Shown in pieces: positions 6,841-9,958 of a stretch of DNA of 9,958 nt. Each line of letters starts with the position of its first letter. Positions within the stretch are counted from its first letter, which is position 1. The notes beneath the pieces are model-generated. The model saw nothing but the letters and a program-made list of their open reading frames with translations. It was not told the DNA's origin and searched no databases. A program made the position numbers and the translations under genes. Location: IMG/VR virus record IMGVR_UViG_2541047699_000001. One strand, written 5' to 3'. Source of the stretch: a virus (lineage: Duplodnaviria; Heunggongvirae; Uroviricota; Caudoviricetes).

Positions 6841-7476
6841 ATGAACACTCTCGCAAATATTCAGGAACTCGCGCGCGCACTGCGCAACATGATCCGCACC
6901 GGCCTTGTCGTCGAAACCGACCTTAACGCCGGTCGCTGCCGTGTGCAGACCGGCGGCATGTGCACCGACTGGCTGCAGTGGCTGACCCATCGTGCCGGGC
7001 GTTCGCGCACATGGTGGGCACCTTCCGTGGGGGAGCAGGTGCTGATTCTGGCCGTGGGCGGTGAACTTGACACGGCGTTTGTTCTGCCGGGGATTTATTC
7101 CGGCGATAACCCGGCGCCGTCTGTGTCGGCGGATGCCCTGCATATCCGTTTCCCTGACGGGGCGGTGATTGAGTATGAACCCGAAACCAGTGCGCTTACG
7201 GTAAGCGGAATTAAAACGGCCAGCGTGACGGCTTCTGATTCTGTTACTGCCACGGTGCCGGTGGTCATGGTGAAAGCATCAACCCGCGTCACCCTGGACA
7301 CCCCGGAGGTGGTCTGCACCAACAGGCTGATTACCGGCACGCTGGAAGTGCAGAAGGGCGGGACGATGCGCGGCAACATTGAACACACCGGCGGTGAACT
7401 CTCATCAAACGGTAAGGTACTGCATACCCACAAACACCCAGGCGACAGCGGCGGCACAACCGGGAGTCCTCTATGA
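6841..7476 (+). CDS. V: Baseplate central spike protein gpV
   Basis: 211-aa ORF, position and size as P2 gpV; C-terminal His-rich apex motif ...VLHTHKHPGDSGG. Confidence 0.9.
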   Translation: MNTLANIQELARALRNMIRTGLVVETDLNAGRCRVQTGGMCTDWLQWLTHRAGRSRTWWAPSVGEQVLILAVGGELDTAFVLPGIYSGDNPAPSVSADALHIRFPDGAVIEYEPETSALTVSGIKTASVTASDSVTATVPVVMVKASTRVTLDTPEVVCTNRLITGTLEVQKGGTMRGNIEHTGGELSSNGKVLHTHKHPGDSGGTTGSPL

Positions 7477-7820
7477 CAGCGCGTTATCTCGGAATGAATC
7501 GCAGTGATGGCCTGACTGTCACTGACCTTGAGCATATCAGCCAGAGTATCGGCGATATCCTGCGCACACCGGTCGGCTCACGGGTGATGCGTCGTGATTA
7601 CGGCTCGTTGCTGGCGTCAATGATTGACCAGCCGCAGACCCCGGCGCTTGAGTTGCAGATTAAGGTCGCCTGTTACATGGCGGTGCTGAAATGGGAACCC
7701 CGCGTCACCCTGTCATCCGTCACCACGGCGCGCAGTTTTGACGGGCGAATGACGGTCACGTTAACCGGCCAGCACAACGACACCGGCCAGCCACTTTCAT
7801 TAACCATCCCTGTGAGTTGA
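7473..7820 (+). CDS. W: Baseplate wedge protein gpW (T4 gp25-like)
   Basis: 115-aa ORF; start overlaps the V stop (ATGA); GGGAG Shine-Dalgarno; size and position as P2 gpW. Confidence 0.9.
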   Translation: MTARYLGMNRSDGLTVTDLEHISQSIGDILRTPVGSRVMRRDYGSLLASMIDQPQTPALELQIKVACYMAVLKWEPRVTLSSVTTARSFDGRMTVTLTGQHNDTGQPLSLTIPVS

Positions 7821-7824
7821 AACC

Positions 7825-8733
7825 ATGCCGATTATCGACCTGAACCAGCTACCCGCACCGGATGTGGTCGAGGAGCTGGACTTTGAAACCATTCTTGCCG
7901 AACGCAAGGCGACACTGATTTCCCTTTACCCGGAAGACCAGCAGGAGGCGGTCGCCCGTACCCTGACGCTGGAATCCGAGCCTCTCGTCAAACTGCTGGA
8001 GGAAAATGCTTATCGTGAGCTTATCTGGCGTCAGCGTGTGAATGAGGCCGCACGGGCGGTGATGCTGGTCTGTGCCGCCGGTAATGACCTTGATGTGATT
8101 GGTGCCAATTACAACACCACGCGCCTGATTATCACCCCGGCAGATGATTCGACCATCCCGCCGACACCGGCAGTGATGGAATCTGACACGGATTATCGTC
8201 TGCGTATTCAGCAGGCGTTTGAAGGTTTTAGCGTTGCCGGGTCGGTGGGAGCCTATCAGTATCATGGTCGCAGTGCCGACGGGCGTGTCGCGGATATCTC
8301 TGTTACCAGTCCGTCTCCGGCCTGTGTCACTATCTCCGTGCTGTCACGTGAAAATAACGGCGTCGCATCCGAAGACCTGCTGGCCGTGGTGCGTAACGCC
8401 CTTAATGGCGAGGACGTCAGGCCGGTGGCCGACCGCGTGACCGTGCAGTCTGCCGCCATCGTTGAATACCAGATAAACGCCACGCTTTACCTTTACCCTG
8501 GCCCCGAAAGCGAACCCATACGCGCTGCCGCCGTGAAAAAACTGGAAGCGTACATCACGGCACAGCACCGGCTTGGGCGCGACATCCGTCTGTCTGCCAT
8601 TTATGCCGCTTTGCATGTGGAAGGCGTGCAGCGTGTCGAGCTGGCCGCACCACTGGCCGACATTGTGCTCAACAGTACGCAGGCGTCTTTCTGTACCGAA
8701 TACCGCGTCGTGACCGGAGGCTCGGATGAGTGA
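7825..8733 (+). CDS. J: Baseplate assembly protein gpJ (T4 gp6-like)
   Basis: 302-aa ORF, size and position as P2 gpJ. Confidence 0.9.
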   Translation: MPIIDLNQLPAPDVVEELDFETILAERKATLISLYPEDQQEAVARTLTLESEPLVKLLEENAYRELIWRQRVNEAARAVMLVCAAGNDLDVIGANYNTTRLIITPADDSTIPPTPAVMESDTDYRLRIQQAFEGFSVAGSVGAYQYHGRSADGRVADISVTSPSPACVTISVLSRENNGVASEDLLAVVRNALNGEDVRPVADRVTVQSAAIVEYQINATLYLYPGPESEPIRAAAVKKLEAYITAQHRLGRDIRLSAIYAALHVEGVQRVELAAPLADIVLNSTQASFCTEYRVVTGGSDE

Positions 8734-9253
8734 GCGCCTGCTGCCGACCGGCTCATCACCGCTTGAAATTGCTGCCGCAAAAGCCTGTGCGGAAATTGAA
8801 AAAACGCCGGTCAGTATTCGTGAGCTGTGGAACCCGGATACCTGTCCGGCAAATCTGCTGCCGTGGCTGGCGTGGGCGTTTTCGGTCGACAGGTGGGATG
8901 AAAAGTGGCCGGAAGCGACAAAACGCGCCGTTATCCGCGATGCGTATTTCATCCACTGTCATAAAGGCACTATAGGTGCAATCCGGCGTGTGGTGGAGCC
9001 GCTCGGCTATCTCATCAACGTGACGGAGTGGTGGGAAAACAGTGACCCGCCCGGCACCTTCCGGCTTGATATTGGTGTACTGGAAAGTGGCATCACAGAG
9101 GCAATGTATCAGGAAATGGAACGGCTGATTGCTGATGCCAAACCTGCAAGCCGTCACCTTATTGGCCTGAACATTACCCGGGACATTCCCGGCTACCTGT
9201 TCGCCGGTGGTGTGGCTTACGACGGCGATGTAATTACGGTTTACCCCGGATAA
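8726..9253 (+). CDS. I: Baseplate protein gpI
   Basis: 175-aa ORF overlapping the J stop by 8 nt; GGAGG Shine-Dalgarno; position as P2 gpI. Confidence 0.88.
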   Translation: MSERLLPTGSSPLEIAAAKACAEIEKTPVSIRELWNPDTCPANLLPWLAWAFSVDRWDEKWPEATKRAVIRDAYFIHCHKGTIGAIRRVVEPLGYLINVTEWWENSDPPGTFRLDIGVLESGITEAMYQEMERLIADAKPASRHLIGLNITRDIPGYLFAGGVAYDGDVITVYPG

Positions 9254-9263
9254 GTGAGGAATA

Positions 9264-9958
9264 ATGAGCACAAAATTCAGAACCGTTATCACCACTGCCG
9301 GTGCAGCAAAGCTGGCAGCGGCAACCGCACCGGGAGGGCGGAAGGTCAACATTACCACGATGGCCGTCGGGGATGGCGGGGGTAAATTGCCTGTCCCGGA
9401 TGCCGGACAGACCGGGCTTATCCATGAAGTCTGGCGACATGCGCTGAACAAAATCAGCCAGGACAAACGAAACAGTAATTATATTATCGCAGAGCTGGTT
9501 ATTCCGCCGGAGGTGGGCGGTTTCTGGATGCGTGAGCTTGGCCTGTACGATGATGCGGGAACGTTAATTGCCGTGGCGAACATGGCCGAAAGTTATAAGC
9601 CTGCCCTTGCCGAAGGCTCAGGGCGTTCGCAGACCTGCCGCATGGTCATCATCGTCAGCAGTGTGGCCTCAGTGGAGCTGACTATTGACACCACAACGGT
9701 GATGGCAACGCAGGATTACGTTGATGACAAGATTGCAGAGCATGAACAGTCACGACGTCACCCGGACGCCTCGCTGACCGCAAAAGGTTTTACTCAGTTA
9801 AGCAGTGCGACCAACAGTACGTCTGAAACGCTCGCCGCAACGCCGAAAGCGGTAAAGGCCGCCTATGACCTTGCTAACGGGAAATACACTGCACAGGATG
9901 CCACCACCGCGCGAAAAGGTCTTGTCCAGCTCAGTAGCGTCACCAACAGCGATTCTGA
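9264..9958 (+). CDS. H: Tail fibre protein gpH, N-terminal portion only; gene continues beyond the right edge of the window
   Basis: Open frame from the ATG at 9264 (MSTKFRTVITTAGAAKLAAATAPGGRKVNITTMAVGDGGG...) to the end of the window with no stop; GTGAGGA Shine-Dalgarno; contains tandem tail-fibre repeat units (..QLSSxTNS..). Absent from the ORF track because it has no in-window stop. Confidence 0.88.
   Translation, partial: MSTKFRTVITTAGAAKLAAATAPGGRKVNITTMAVGDGGGKLPVPDAGQTGLIHEVWRHALNKISQDKRNSNYIIAELVIPPEVGGFWMRELGLYDDAGTLIAVANMAESYKPALAEGSGRSQTCRMVIIVSSVASVELTIDTTTVMATQDYVDDKIAEHEQSRRHPDASLTAKGFTQLSSATNSTSETLAATPKAVKAAYDLANGKYTAQDATTARKGLVQLSSVTNSDS

Noticed and set aside
1-9958. Search for a defence system, toxin-antitoxin pair, integrase, transposase, tRNA or CRISPR array
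   Set aside because: No unassigned coding capacity remains once the canonical late genes are placed; no direct-repeat/spacer periodicity and no tRNA-like structure seen. The hotspot is probably elsewhere in this phage.

Overview
This window is a contiguous, tightly packed late-gene block of a P2-family temperate myophage (Peduovirus-like), either a prophage or phage P2 itself or a very close relative. I do not see a novel system here. Reading left to right: the 5' end of the terminase ATPase gene P on the minus strand (running off the left edge), a short divergent promoter region, then a single plus-strand series O (scaffold/protease), N (major capsid), M (terminase small subunit), L (head completion), X (tail), Y (holin), K (endolysin), lysA, lysB, lysC (embedded spanin), R, S (tail completion), V (baseplate spike), W, J, I (baseplate) and the 5' part of H (tail fibre, running off the right edge). 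Gene order, overlaps and the ORF-derived protein lengths match the canonical P2 late region as I recall it; I could not run any alignment. Non-coding space is limited to three short intervals (P/O 173 bp, M/L 99 bp, S/V 66 bp), so there is no room for an inserted cargo or defence island, and I found no tRNA, CRISPR array, transposase or integrase. The findings are therefore fine-scale: an AT-hook-like motif in the basic tail of gpM, a perfect GC-rich hairpin in the S/V junction upstream of a V start with no Shine-Dalgarno, the lysB/lysC/R triple overlap, a His-rich motif at the gpV C-terminus, and tandem fibre repeats in gpH.
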